Assembly: GCA_001873625.1 (NCBI GenBank)
Contig: MNZN01000012.1
Location: 12,712-76,711, forward strand
Direction of reading: 5' to 3'
Length of the DNA: 64,000 bases
Source of the DNA: Candidatus Saccharibacteria bacterium CG2_30_41_52
GTDB lineage: Bacteria > Patescibacteriota > Saccharimonadia > Saccharimonadales > Saccharimonadaceae
The position numbers and the translations under genes are program-made. Under the pieces are notes generated by a model. The model did no database searches. It was not told the DNA's origin and worked only from the letters and a program-made list of their open reading frames with translations. How positions within the stretch are numbered: position 1 is the stretch's first letter; every line of letters begins with the position of its first letter. Shown one piece after another: positions 35,529 to 43,756 of the stretch.

Positions 35529-35603
35529 TCCGACGTAGCTCAATGGTGGAGCAAGAAGCTGTTAACTTCGAGGTTACTGGTTCGAGTCCAGTCGTCGGAG
35601 CCA
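35529..35603 (+). tRNA. tRNA-Asn(GTT): tRNA-Asn (anticodon GTT), CCA encoded
   Basis: The cloverleaf was folded by hand. Acceptor TCCGACG/CGTCGGA (7 bp), D stem GCTC/GAGC, anticodon loop CTGTTAA, 5-nt variable loop, T arm ACTGG-TTCGAGT-CCAGT, discriminator G, then CCA. Confidence 0.9.
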
Positions 35604-35604
35604 A
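35580..35604 (+). repeat. att-like direct repeat, copy 1 (3' end of tRNA-Asn)
   Basis: GTTCGAGTCCAGTCGTCGGAGCCAA matches 37550-37574 at 24 of 25 positions. Confidence 0.85.
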
Positions 35605-35708
35605 GCTGAGCAGTGAAAAAGGGTGACCAGGTTCCATGACCAGTTCCCCTAATTAACTCTTTAGCTAGACATAAAAAGAAGTCAGACTTAACAACTGGCG
35701 AAAAGGTT

Positions 35709-35740
35709 AGAACCGTCCAAAAGGGCGGTTCTTTCTATTT
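35709..35740 (+). terminator. rho-independent terminator downstream of the tRNA
   Basis: AGAACCGTCC-aaaa-GGGCGGTTCT followed by TTCTATTT. Confidence 0.6.
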
Positions 35741-36025
35741 CATCTCTGTTGTTTGGTTCTAAAGTCGACCAGTGTACTATATGGTGGCTGGACAGTTGAA
35801 AAGCTGACTCGGTTCCATGACTACTAAGTATGCTATTTTATAGCAAACGTAATAACGATTTAATATAAATACTGGAACCTATGATATATATGAGACGACG
35901 CGTCTACTTTTCTATATATGTAAGTATATAATACTAGTAAGAGCGATACCCTAGCGACACTTGTTGTTGCAACATAAAAAGAAGAGTATTATTAAGCGAA
36001 ATAATATCAGGAAAGGCAATAATAG

Positions 36026-36622
36026 ATGTTGATAAAGTTTAAGAACTTGATACTCACAGCCCTTAGTATTACCGTACTAAGTCTGTTATCCGTAACAAAT
36101 ACTTACGCGGCGACGCCTACTTTTGGGCACAAATATCAGAATGGCGTTGGCAATGTTACGGCATGGTTAAACTATAATTCAGGTGTTGGTTATTGGCAGT
36201 CGTACATCACGAACGGTGCAAATAATTGGATGTATCCCGGTTGGAGCAATCCTATCTATATAACTTTTGTTAGTAGTAACTATGGGTCTAATATGGATTT
36301 CCATCGAAATAATGATGCATATTTTGGTGGTGGTATGAATATATATGCATGGACGCAGTTCTATTCTAGTAATGGAACTCAGATAAGTCCAACTGCCTCA
36401 AATTGGTACTATACAGAAATTCACATTAATCATGATATGTATAGCAGCCCAAATTTCACCAATACACAAGCTAAGGGAACTACAATACATGAGATGGGCC
36501 ATGCCTTTGGGTTAGCTCACTACAACTCAAATCCAAACAGCATTATGTGTCAAACGGCATACGGAAGAATTGCGCAAACCGTACAAAAGGTCGATAATGA
36601 TGCAGTTAACGCTATTTATTAA
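36026..36622 (+). CDS. secreted metzincin-type zinc metalloprotease
   Basis: Signal peptide ...VTNTYA/AT. Zinc site HEMGHAFGLAH (HExxHxxGxxH) followed by a Met-turn candidate NSIM. Confidence 0.7.
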   Translation: MLIKFKNLILTALSITVLSLLSVTNTYAATPTFGHKYQNGVGNVTAWLNYNSGVGYWQSYITNGANNWMYPGWSNPIYITFVSSNYGSNMDFHRNNDAYFGGGMNIYAWTQFYSSNGTQISPTASNWYYTEIHINHDMYSSPNFTNTQAKGTTIHEMGHAFGLAHYNSNPNSIMCQTAYGRIAQTVQKVDNDAVNAIY

Positions 36623-36650
36623 ATATCTTTAGTATATAAGGAGTAGAAAT

Positions 36651-37418
36651 ATGTCGACAAGAAATAGTTATAAAATAGACAAAGTAAAAATCTATGGTAT
36701 TTTAGCTGCGATCGTGTTCGTCTCAGGAGTAGGTGTGGCATATAACCTCACGTCTACACCGTCTAACGGTATGTCTGAACAATTAAACCAGAATACTTTG
36801 GTAGGATCTAACAATGCATATGACAATATTCCAGTGAGCGAAATCCAGACAGCTAAAGTTGAGGGCGACTTTGCGTGGAATACGGTAGACCCGTACTATG
36901 GCTATGACAATTCGCCAATAGTAGCTCTCGTACATATTGATTCTATTAATGGAGGGCGTACATATAGTCCAGTCTATGAGCAATATGTTTTTCCGCAAAC
37001 TTTTGGCAAGTTAACTGTACAAAAGGTCTATAAAGGCGATATTAGACAAGGAGATCAACTCAACTATACTCGTCTTGGAGGTATAGTTAGCTACGACGAC
37101 TACTGGAGTAGTTTAAACAAGGAGCAACAAGATAAAATACTATACCTTAACAATGGAAAGAGGCCGAACGAAAAAAACTATATAAAAGATAAGTTCAAGG
37201 ATGATATAGACATCGAAACAGATAAATACTATATTGTTTTTCTAACGCCTCAATCCTCAAAAGATGGAAAGATTAAGGAATACTTCATAAACGGAATGCA
37301 ATATGGATTGAGAGAGGTTAATGGCTATACCGGTGGCTCGGATGCTCAAATAACAGTTCTCAATAATGAAACTGGAAAGTGGGATAAGCCTAGCAGCCTA
37401 CTGAAGAATTATAAGTAG
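36651..37418 (+). CDS. membrane-anchored hypothetical protein downstream of the metzincin
   Basis: One N-terminal TM helix (IYGILAAIVFVSGVGVAY). No family recognised. Confidence 0.4.
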   Translation: MSTRNSYKIDKVKIYGILAAIVFVSGVGVAYNLTSTPSNGMSEQLNQNTLVGSNNAYDNIPVSEIQTAKVEGDFAWNTVDPYYGYDNSPIVALVHIDSINGGRTYSPVYEQYVFPQTFGKLTVQKVYKGDIRQGDQLNYTRLGGIVSYDDYWSSLNKEQQDKILYLNNGKRPNEKNYIKDKFKDDIDIETDKYYIVFLTPQSSKDGKIKEYFINGMQYGLREVNGYTGGSDAQITVLNNETGKWDKPSSLLKNYK

Positions 37419-37525
37419 TATGAATTATTGATTACTGCGTGTACAAATAGGTTCTATTTTGATAAAGTGTACTGATTATTGAATTTGATTAATTAACGGA
37501 TGTAAGCTAAAGTACAGCGAGCCTT

Positions 37526-38347
37526 TTATGTAGGCGGTAGTTGTTCTTTGTTCGAGCCCAGTCGTCGGAGCCAATTTTGTGAATCGGCATTGGTAACGAA
37601 TGCCAGAAAAGGTTTCAACAGATTGAGTTGAAGCCTTTTTTTATCCAAAGTTGCGTTCGCAAGTAACATACGTAAAATCTTATTCCTTTTTGCTGGTTGC
37701 GAACTTTCAAAGATTTGTTTTGCTTTTGAAGCAAGTTGTAACAGATACTCACTAGTTACTTCAAAGCTTTTGTCGTTATTTGTGAACTCAACTAGTTTTC
37801 GATCTAGTTCGTCCATCTCTGCTTTGGTTTTTGTTACATATTTGTCATACTCATCGACAGTAATACGCCCATCAAGCCTATCTTCGTAAAGCACGTCTAG
37901 TTTTTTCTGAAGCTTGTTATATTCCGTGCGTGTTTGCGTGATGGCGTTTCTATAAAACATTTGTATGTTTTCATGTTCGGATTTTAGCGTATGAAGTACT
38001 TGATATACGGCTTTCTCTCCTATGCTTATTTTATCCAATAATTCAATAACTTGAGGCAGAAGTTCCTCTTCGGACGTGTGTGGTTAGTCACAGGGTATAT
38101 TTTTGGCTTTAGTACAGCGCATATAAACACGCCCTTTTTGTTCGTATGATGAAATACTACAACCACAATTAGCGCATTTTAGTATGCCACTAAATACGAA
38201 TGTCTGTTTCGTGTCTGTTTTATTTTTATCTCTTGTCCTATTTTCATTTACTAGCTGTACTGTATCGAACGTGTGTTTACTAATAATCGGTTCGTACTTA
38301 TGAGGGTATAAACTACCATCATATTTCATTACGCCATAATAGAAGGT
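37526..38347 (-). pseudogene. large serine recombinase remnant (recombinase domain, zinc ribbon, coiled coil); N-terminus removed by IS insertion, one in-frame TAA
   Basis: ...FYYGVMKYDGSLYPHKYEPIIS..., zinc ribbon CANCGCSISSYEQKGRVYMRC, then NIPCD*PHTSEEELLPQVIELL in the same frame, then a coiled-coil tail. The catalytic resolvase domain is absent and the reading frame runs straight into the IS end at 38348. Confidence 0.7.
37550..37574 (+). repeat. att-like direct repeat, copy 2 (displaced copy of the tRNA-Asn 3' end)
   Basis: GTTCGAGCCCAGTCGTCGGAGCCAA. It lies inside the last 17 codons of the recombinase remnant on the opposite strand. Confidence 0.85.
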
Positions 38348-38425
38348 TGTCAGGCTCCCATTAAACTGGACACATCGTCTATTCTAGAAATGACGTATAT
38401 ACTAGTTTAAATAAGGAGATTTATT

Positions 38426-38683
38426 ATGCCCCGAGGCATACCAGCAGATCGCACACATAAAGATGAAATCGTTGCTAAGATTCGTGATCACGGTTTGAGT
38501 GTGAGCGCAGCGAGCGCTCAATACCAACTGAGCAGTAAAACTATTTACGCATGGTTACGCGAGGGAGTTGTTGATGGTAATCGTAACTTAATCCTTGAAA
38601 ACAACAAGCTCAAAAAAGAGATTGAGCAGCTATATAAATTGCTCGGTCGAGCGACCGCTGAAATGCAACGGTCAAAAGATTAG
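38426..38683 (+). CDS. IS3-family transposase OrfA (HTH)
   Basis: 85 aa with a helix-turn-helix region (SKTIYAWLRE) and a leucine-zipper-like C-terminus. Contains the AAAAAAG site. Confidence 0.8.
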   Translation: MPRGIPADRTHKDEIVAKIRDHGLSVSAASAQYQLSSKTIYAWLREGVVDGNRNLILENNKLKKEIEQLYKLLGRATAEMQRSKD

Positions 38684-39575
38684 CCATCCTGGAGGAAGTC
38701 GACTCAGGATGGCAGAAGTACTTCGTGGCCAGGCTGGGTATCCCCGCAGTAGCTACTATGAGCAGCCACTAGTTCTACAAACCAGGGACAAACAAGCGGT
38801 TCAAGTTTTGTCATTGGCTCACGAGCAACATCCGCTATACGGTGTTCGCCGACTCGCTCTGCATCTCGGTTGGAGCCAGAATAAAACCAGGCGTATCCGC
38901 TCCCTGGCGGGCGTAGTCATTGTTCGACCCAGCAAAAAGAAGCGTTATGGCAGTAGCGCGCCAGCCGAAATCTTGGCAGCACCTAATGCCCTAAAACGCT
39001 TTGCACATTACCGTAATGAACATCGGCCACAAGATGGCATGAGTTATGCTGGCATGGTCGACTCTGGTGGTTGGGTACAGGACTTTACCTACTTATGGTT
39101 CCAGCGTAGCTGGCACTACCTAGCGGTAGTGCTCGATCTCAAGACTAGGCGGATTGTGGGTTGGAAGTTGGGGCTTAGGCACAGTAGCCAACTAACACTC
39201 GCCGCATTGCAAGACGCCCTCACAAAATACCCCGCTCCAACTATTTTGCACAGCGATCAAGGCACTGAATATCTAAGCTACAGACACCAACTCATCTGTG
39301 ACCAATATGAGATTACGCTCAGTTGCAGTAAACGAGCTAGCCCCTGGCAAAACGGCTTCATGGAACGCTTTTTTGGCAGTTTCAAACCAGAACTAGGCAA
39401 ACTGTCGCAGTACAAAGATTTAGGTCAATTACATGAAGCGATTGCACTAACTGTGCATTACTACAATACCGAACGTATCCACTTAGCATTAAAGATGAGT
39501 CCGGCAGCTTACGCTGCCAGCCTCATGCCAGCTACGCTGGAAAGAGACAAGGTGTCCGAGAAAGTGGGAGCTTGA
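38595..39575 (+). CDS. IS3-family transposase OrfB (DDE integrase core), probably made as an OrfAB fusion by -1 frameshifting
   Basis: Rve-type DDE context: WVQDFTYL, LHSDQGTEYLS, NGFMERFFGSFKPE. The Met at 38595 in the ORF track is not a credible independent start. Confidence 0.8.
   Translation: MKTTSSKKRLSSYINCSVERPLKCNGQKISHPGGSRLRMAEVLRGQAGYPRSSYYEQPLVLQTRDKQAVQVLSLAHEQHPLYGVRRLALHLGWSQNKTRRIRSLAGVVIVRPSKKKRYGSSAPAEILAAPNALKRFAHYRNEHRPQDGMSYAGMVDSGGWVQDFTYLWFQRSWHYLAVVLDLKTRRIVGWKLGLRHSSQLTLAALQDALTKYPAPTILHSDQGTEYLSYRHQLICDQYEITLSCSKRASPWQNGFMERFFGSFKPELGKLSQYKDLGQLHEAIALTVHYYNTERIHLALKMSPAAYAASLMPATLERDKVSEKVGA
38612..38618 (+). promoter_or_regulatory. A AAA AAG programmed -1 frameshift heptamer of the IS3 element
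   Basis: AAAAAAG lies in the orfA/orfB overlap, the classical IS3-family slippery motif. Confidence 0.6.
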
Positions 39576-39577
39576 CA

Positions 39578-39762
39578 ATGCCAAAGGCAATCGGATGATC
39601 AAGTGCGTATAGTTGTTCGACGTGAACGCCTTCTGCTTGCATGATTGAGGCGGATTTATCCATGAGCAGTTGGGTATGAGACTTAGATTTATCCTTCTTT
39701 ATCGAACAGTTTATATAGACTGCGGTTAGATCGCTAAAATCTGTCGTGTTGTCGTCTGTCAT
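39578..39762 (-). pseudogene. 5' fragment of a flavodoxin-like NAD(P)H-dependent oxidoreductase gene, truncated by the IS
   Basis: MTDDNTTDFSDLTAVYINCSIKKDKSKSHTQLLMDKSASIMQAEGVHVEQLYALDHPIAFG, after which the frame enters the IS right end. Confidence 0.45.
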
Positions 39763-39811
39763 TGTGATACTCCTTTGCTAGATAATTATGATTGTATTTC
39801 ACTCGTTCATT

Positions 39812-40486
39812 TTATCCCGATTGACGTCGGTAGGACCATGCATAATAAAGGCCTATACCGATGAGCAGGAGCAGGCTGGCACCTGCGGCATATTGGATAA
39901 GAGCGACACCGACCAGTACATAGGCGAGTGCTGATAGACTATTCGAAATCAGTGTGGCAGCAAAAAATGGTTTAATTTGCAGTTCACCGACCAGACCCGA
40001 AGCGTAGCTGAGAGCTATGTACGGCAACCGAGCCATGCGTAACAAAAATACCGTCTGAAACGGCTTGTCGGATAGGTTATTCTCAATTCTTGCTACTAGT
40101 ATGGGAATGAGCTTTTTGTTACGGGACGGTTTTGTCGCAGGCGTCAGTATGCCAACGTGCGAAGAGCGGGCGAGCATAAATGCAAACAAAGCTGAAAATG
40201 ATGCTCCTACAAGGATAACGAAAAATGCAGTGATAGGTTCAAATACGCCGAGTGCAATTAGCGTCAGTACCGTCACCGAGAAGCCTGTAAGACCAATGAC
40301 TATATAGGCCAGTGTATAGAGGAGTGGTCCCCAGAACCCAAGGTGTGTAATAATCTGCTGAACGCCGTGCTGCAGTTGCTCAATAGAATTTATACCTCTC
40401 GAAGATACGACAGCAACTACAATTAGTAGCAATACAGCTAGTATAATGCTGTTGCGCTTCGTCGGGTCGCTACTGAGATTGAGCAT
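39812..40486 (-). CDS. TVP38/TMEM64 (DedA-superfamily, VTT domain) membrane protein
   Basis: About 5-6 TM helices. Located directly downstream of a pyridine nucleotide-disulfide oxidoreductase, a pairing that is also known as a fusion protein. Confidence 0.5.
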   Translation of the reverse strand: MLNLSSDPTKRNSIILAVLLLIVVAVVSSRGINSIEQLQHGVQQIITHLGFWGPLLYTLAYIVIGLTGFSVTVLTLIALGVFEPITAFFVILVGASFSALFAFMLARSSHVGILTPATKPSRNKKLIPILVARIENNLSDKPFQTVFLLRMARLPYIALSYASGLVGELQIKPFFAATLISNSLSALAYVLVGVALIQYAAGASLLLLIGIGLYYAWSYRRQSG

Positions 40487-40493
40487 ATTTTGC

Positions 40494-41924
40494 CTAATGG
40501 TAAAGGAGCCTTAATATCCGTTTTGCGAATGGAGATTGTAACTTTTTGCCAGAATATTGGCGTGCCGCAGCTTGAATTACTCGTGAACCAATTGGATACG
40601 GAAAGGGTTTGCTGAGCACTGCATCTAACTTTATGCCTTCATACATCATAAGTATAAGCTCGCTCGTAATCTCGCCAGCACGTGGACCAACCATGGTTCC
40701 ACCAAGTACCAGGCCTTGCTTAGAGAGATAGAGCTTTAGGAACCCCTCCGTCGAGTCATCGGTAATGGCTCTATCATCTTCATCAAGATGAACAATAAGC
40801 TCATCATAGTTCGCAGCTTCGGTGCCCAATTGCAGTTTATTGATTCCGAACGTAGCCACTTCGGGGCTGGTGAATGTTGTCCACGCCATGTGTTTGGCAG
40901 TATATTTCTTTTTGAAAGGTGAAAAGAAGTTGCGTAGGACTACGCTGGCCTGAAGCTCAGCAGCGTGCGTGAACATATGTTGCCCAGCTGCATCACCTAC
41001 GGCACTCACGGCTTTGTTGGTTGTCCGCAAATACTTGTCGAGTTGCAAATTATTGTGATCGTCAAGTTTTATTCCTGCTGTTTCAAGAGCCAGAGAATCT
41101 ATATTTGGAACTCTACCTACACCCACAAAGACTGCATCGGCGGATATTTTTAATACTGAGCCGTCAGGGGTCTTCACGAAGACCTGCCCGTTCTCTATTT
41201 TTTCCACTGCTACTCCAGTACGTATACTTATGCCTTCTTTTTCAAGCAGGCGCTGTAGTAGGACTGATACTTCTGGTTCTTCTTTGGGGAGTATACGTTC
41301 TCCCGTTTGCAGAATTGTAACGTGCGAACCCAGACGCGAAAAAGCTTGTCCTAGTTCAATATTGATAGGACCGCCCCCGATGAATACAAAATCTTTTGGA
41401 AACCGTTTGATACTAAATATAGACTCGTTGGTATAATGCGGAATTGACTCAAGGCCTTCTAGTTCTAACGTCCTCGGCCTTGATCCTGTGGCGATGACAA
41501 TATGCTTAGCCGTGTAATGATTACCATCCACAATCACATCATGTTCCCCTGAGAAGCGTGCATTACCAATTGCAATGTCTATGCCTAGAGTCTTGATATA
41601 CTCAGGGTTCTCATGTTTGCGTATGACGGCTTGACGCTCCTTAATGTAGTCCATCACTTTCTGTATATCTACAGTATGGGCCTGATCATGAGAGCTGTAT
41701 TTTGATGATGTATCTATATCATGAAAAAGATTGGCGACATGTAGCAGTGCTTTAGAAGGGATACAACCGTAATTTAGACAATCACCGCCGAATGTTTCCG
41801 GTGCTTTATCTATGAGCAATACCCTAAAACCGGCTCGCTGCATGAAGATTGCACAGGTCAGGCCACCTGAGCCTGCGCCGATAACGATGATGTCGTGAGT
41901 GTATTTATTAGGCATAGCTTTCAT
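40494..41924 (-). CDS. class I pyridine nucleotide-disulfide oxidoreductase (mercuric reductase / dihydrolipoyl dehydrogenase-like)
   Basis: FAD site IIVIGAGSGGLTCA, redox disulfide GGDCLNYGCIPSK, NAD site FIGGGPINIELG, and a C-terminal dimerisation domain. Confidence 0.8.
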   Translation of the reverse strand: MKAMPNKYTHDIIVIGAGSGGLTCAIFMQRAGFRVLLIDKAPETFGGDCLNYGCIPSKALLHVANLFHDIDTSSKYSSHDQAHTVDIQKVMDYIKERQAVIRKHENPEYIKTLGIDIAIGNARFSGEHDVIVDGNHYTAKHIVIATGSRPRTLELEGLESIPHYTNESIFSIKRFPKDFVFIGGGPINIELGQAFSRLGSHVTILQTGERILPKEEPEVSVLLQRLLEKEGISIRTGVAVEKIENGQVFVKTPDGSVLKISADAVFVGVGRVPNIDSLALETAGIKLDDHNNLQLDKYLRTTNKAVSAVGDAAGQHMFTHAAELQASVVLRNFFSPFKKKYTAKHMAWTTFTSPEVATFGINKLQLGTEAANYDELIVHLDEDDRAITDDSTEGFLKLYLSKQGLVLGGTMVGPRAGEITSELILMMYEGIKLDAVLSKPFPYPIGSRVIQAAARQYSGKKLQSPFAKRILRLLYH

Positions 41925-41953
41925 TATAGTTAAGTGTTTGCTAAAATACTACA

Positions 41954-42268
41954 ATGAACTTATTTAGTAAAAAGACTGTGGACATCACACGCGAGGAAGA
42001 ACGTCTTATATCCGCCATGCAGTTGCTCGGCGATAAAAACCGCTATAAGATCTTTAAGTTGCTAATGTCGCATGATGAAATGTGCGTTACTGAGATTGCT
42101 GATGAACTTAAGATCACCGTATCGGCCATATCCCAGCAGTTTCGTAATTTTGAACTACTAGGGCTGGTTGACAAAGAGCGAATGGGGCAAAAGATTTGTT
42201 ATACGTTGAGGAGTGATGATGACCTCGTCAGCGAGCTCATTAAAGTAGCGAACAAACGTAAATCATAA
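41954..42268 (+). CDS. ArsR/SmtB-family transcriptional regulator
   Basis: LLGDKNRYKIFKLLMSHDEMCVTEIADELKITVSAISQQFRNFELLGLVDKERMGQKICYTL. Confidence 0.8.
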   Translation: MNLFSKKTVDITREEERLISAMQLLGDKNRYKIFKLLMSHDEMCVTEIADELKITVSAISQQFRNFELLGLVDKERMGQKICYTLRSDDDLVSELIKVANKRKS

Positions 42269-42281
42269 AAGGAATGGGTAT

Positions 42282-42533
42282 ATGTCAAAGATAACAATCT
42301 ACAGTACGGCGACATGCGGATACTGCAAAATGCTAAAAAGCTATTTACAGAGTAAGGATATTGATTACGATGAAAAGCACGCTGATCAAGACCAAAAACT
42401 TGCCGAAGAGCTTTACGAGAAGAGCGGTCAACTTGGCGTACCGTTTACGATCATAGAGAAGGAAGACGGTACTGTGGAAAAGGTACTTGGTTTTGACCGT
42501 AACAAGATCAACTCTGTACTAGGAATCGCCTAA
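42282..42533 (+). CDS. glutaredoxin/NrdH-like small redox protein
   Basis: CGYC motif, GVPF, and LGFDRNK. Paralogue of 3692-3949. Confidence 0.75.
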   Translation: MSKITIYSTATCGYCKMLKSYLQSKDIDYDEKHADQDQKLAEELYEKSGQLGVPFTIIEKEDGTVEKVLGFDRNKINSVLGIA

Positions 42534-42537
42534 ACAT

Positions 42538-42711
42538 ATGAAAGCCATCTGGGAGGAATTGGCCTGTTACTATGACATTGACGTTGAAGGTAACGTTAAT
42601 TCAGGCGGTGCTTGGTATTACCCCACCCCAATGGACGGCTCCGTTGAACGTGTAAAAAAAGATTTCACTAATTACGTAGCCGTCTGGCGCGGCGTGGAGG
42701 TTTCAGAATAA
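42538..42711 (+). CDS. 57-aa DUF427-like C-terminal fragment
   Basis: MKAIWEELACYYDIDVEGNVNSGGAWYYPTPMDGSVERVKKDFTNYVAVWRGVEVSE*. It resembles only the C-terminal half of DUF427 proteins. Not in the ORF track. Confidence 0.4.
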   Translation: MKAIWEELACYYDIDVEGNVNSGGAWYYPTPMDGSVERVKKDFTNYVAVWRGVEVSE

Positions 42712-42712
42712 T

Positions 42713-43282
42713 ATGTCAAAACTATATATACCCGTACTCGCAGGGACTACTCGTGAACAGCGTAAAAGTATTTTTGCCGCAAGGCTCGTCGCTGAAGTAG
42801 GAAGTACTTTCGAAGACGTAGAAACTGAAGTGATTGATCCTAAAGATTTCAATTTTCCAGGCGACGGCAATGACCCTGAAGGGAAAGATGCACGCTATAC
42901 GGCGATAACAGAGAAAGCACACGGCTTTTTTATTGTTACTCCCGAATACAACCATAGTTTTCCTGGTAGCTTAAAGCGCATGCTAGATAGCGAACTAAAA
43001 AACTATATACACAAACCTGTAGCTTTTGCGGGCGCATCATCTGGCCAGTGGGGTGGAGTCCGTGCAATCGAACAGCTAGTTGGCTCTGTTCGTGAAATGG
43101 GACTTGTCGCCACTTTTACCGATATGCAATTCCCTAAAGTCCAAGAACTTTTTGATGAAAATGGCGTTCTACAAAATGAGGCTTATCGTGAATACGTTAA
43201 GGGGGCGTGGGCAGAGCTTATTTGGATGGCAAAAGTACTTAAGACTGGTAGAGAAAATGAACCAAGCAAACACCACCAATAA
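42713..43282 (+). CDS. NADPH-dependent FMN reductase (flavodoxin-like fold)
   Basis: LAGTTREQRKS..., FFIVTPEYNHSFPGSLKRMLD. Confidence 0.75.
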   Translation: MSKLYIPVLAGTTREQRKSIFAARLVAEVGSTFEDVETEVIDPKDFNFPGDGNDPEGKDARYTAITEKAHGFFIVTPEYNHSFPGSLKRMLDSELKNYIHKPVAFAGASSGQWGGVRAIEQLVGSVREMGLVATFTDMQFPKVQELFDENGVLQNEAYREYVKGAWAELIWMAKVLKTGRENEPSKHHQ

Positions 43283-43658
43283 AAAACTACTGTTTGTTTA
43301 CAATGCTGATACAGGCTTCCTAAAAGGGGTGATGAATCTAGTGCATAAAACAGCTAGACCCGAAACCTATCCTTGCAAATTGTGTATGGTCACTTTTAGT
43401 GGAGCAAATATGAAAAAAATGTGGAAGCAGCATATCGAGAACTTAGGCATGTCCTCAACATTTCTGCACCGTAATGAATTTGCTAAGTCGTACCCAAATA
43501 TGGGCATTAAACTTCCCGCAGTATTAATCGAGGAAGGCAAATCCATATCGATATTGGTGAGTAGTAACGAATTCGAAAAAATTAATGATGTAACGGAACT
43601 TATTGATGTGATCGCTCGTAAGTTGCAAGAAGTACAGTCTACCAATAAGACACTTTAA
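43257..43658 (+). CDS. hypothetical protein with a CxxC motif
   Basis: MNQANTTNKKLLFVYNADTGFLKGV...YPCKLCMVTFSG... Start chosen at ATG 43257; the longer ORF from 43080 overlaps the FMN reductase out of frame. Confidence 0.4.
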   Translation: MNQANTTNKKLLFVYNADTGFLKGVMNLVHKTARPETYPCKLCMVTFSGANMKKMWKQHIENLGMSSTFLHRNEFAKSYPNMGIKLPAVLIEEGKSISILVSSNEFEKINDVTELIDVIARKLQEVQSTNKTL

Positions 43659-43710
43659 ATATATGTGTTCTGTGTCCCGCGACCCATGTAAATGTCCGTG
43701 ACCTGTATAG

Positions 43711-43756
43711 GGAGCCAAATAAAGAAGACCCGTATAGGTCTTTTTTATTTGGCTCC
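43711..43756. terminator. bidirectional rho-independent terminator between convergent genes
   Basis: GGAGCCAAATAAAGAAGACC-cgtata-GGTCTTTTTTATTTGGCTCC. It has a T-rich run on both strands. Confidence 0.65.

Larger units (their letters stand above)
38348..39577 (+). mobile_element. IS3-family insertion sequence (1230 bp), apparently intact
   Basis: Imperfect terminal inverted repeats TGTCAGGCTCCCA... and ...TGGGAGCTTGACA (TG...CA ends). OrfA (HTH) and orfB (DDE/rve) overlap with an A6G slippery site. No matching direct repeat flanks the element (AGGT versus ATGC). Confidence 0.8.

Noticed and set aside
35455-35637. 60-aa minus-strand ORF overlapping tRNA-Asn.
   Set aside because: It overlaps a well-folded tRNA gene and is most likely spurious.
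37550-37574. A possible second tRNA gene, because the sequence matches a tRNA 3' end.
   Set aside because: Only the last 25 nt (T-arm 3' half, acceptor 3' strand and CCA) are present. Upstream sequence cannot form D or anticodon arms. It is interpreted as an att-type repeat.
43080-43256. The long 5' extension of ORF 43080-43658 that overlaps the FMN reductase gene.
   Set aside because: The extension lies out of frame inside a well-supported gene. A plausible ATG at 43257 gives a 133-aa protein with normal gene spacing.
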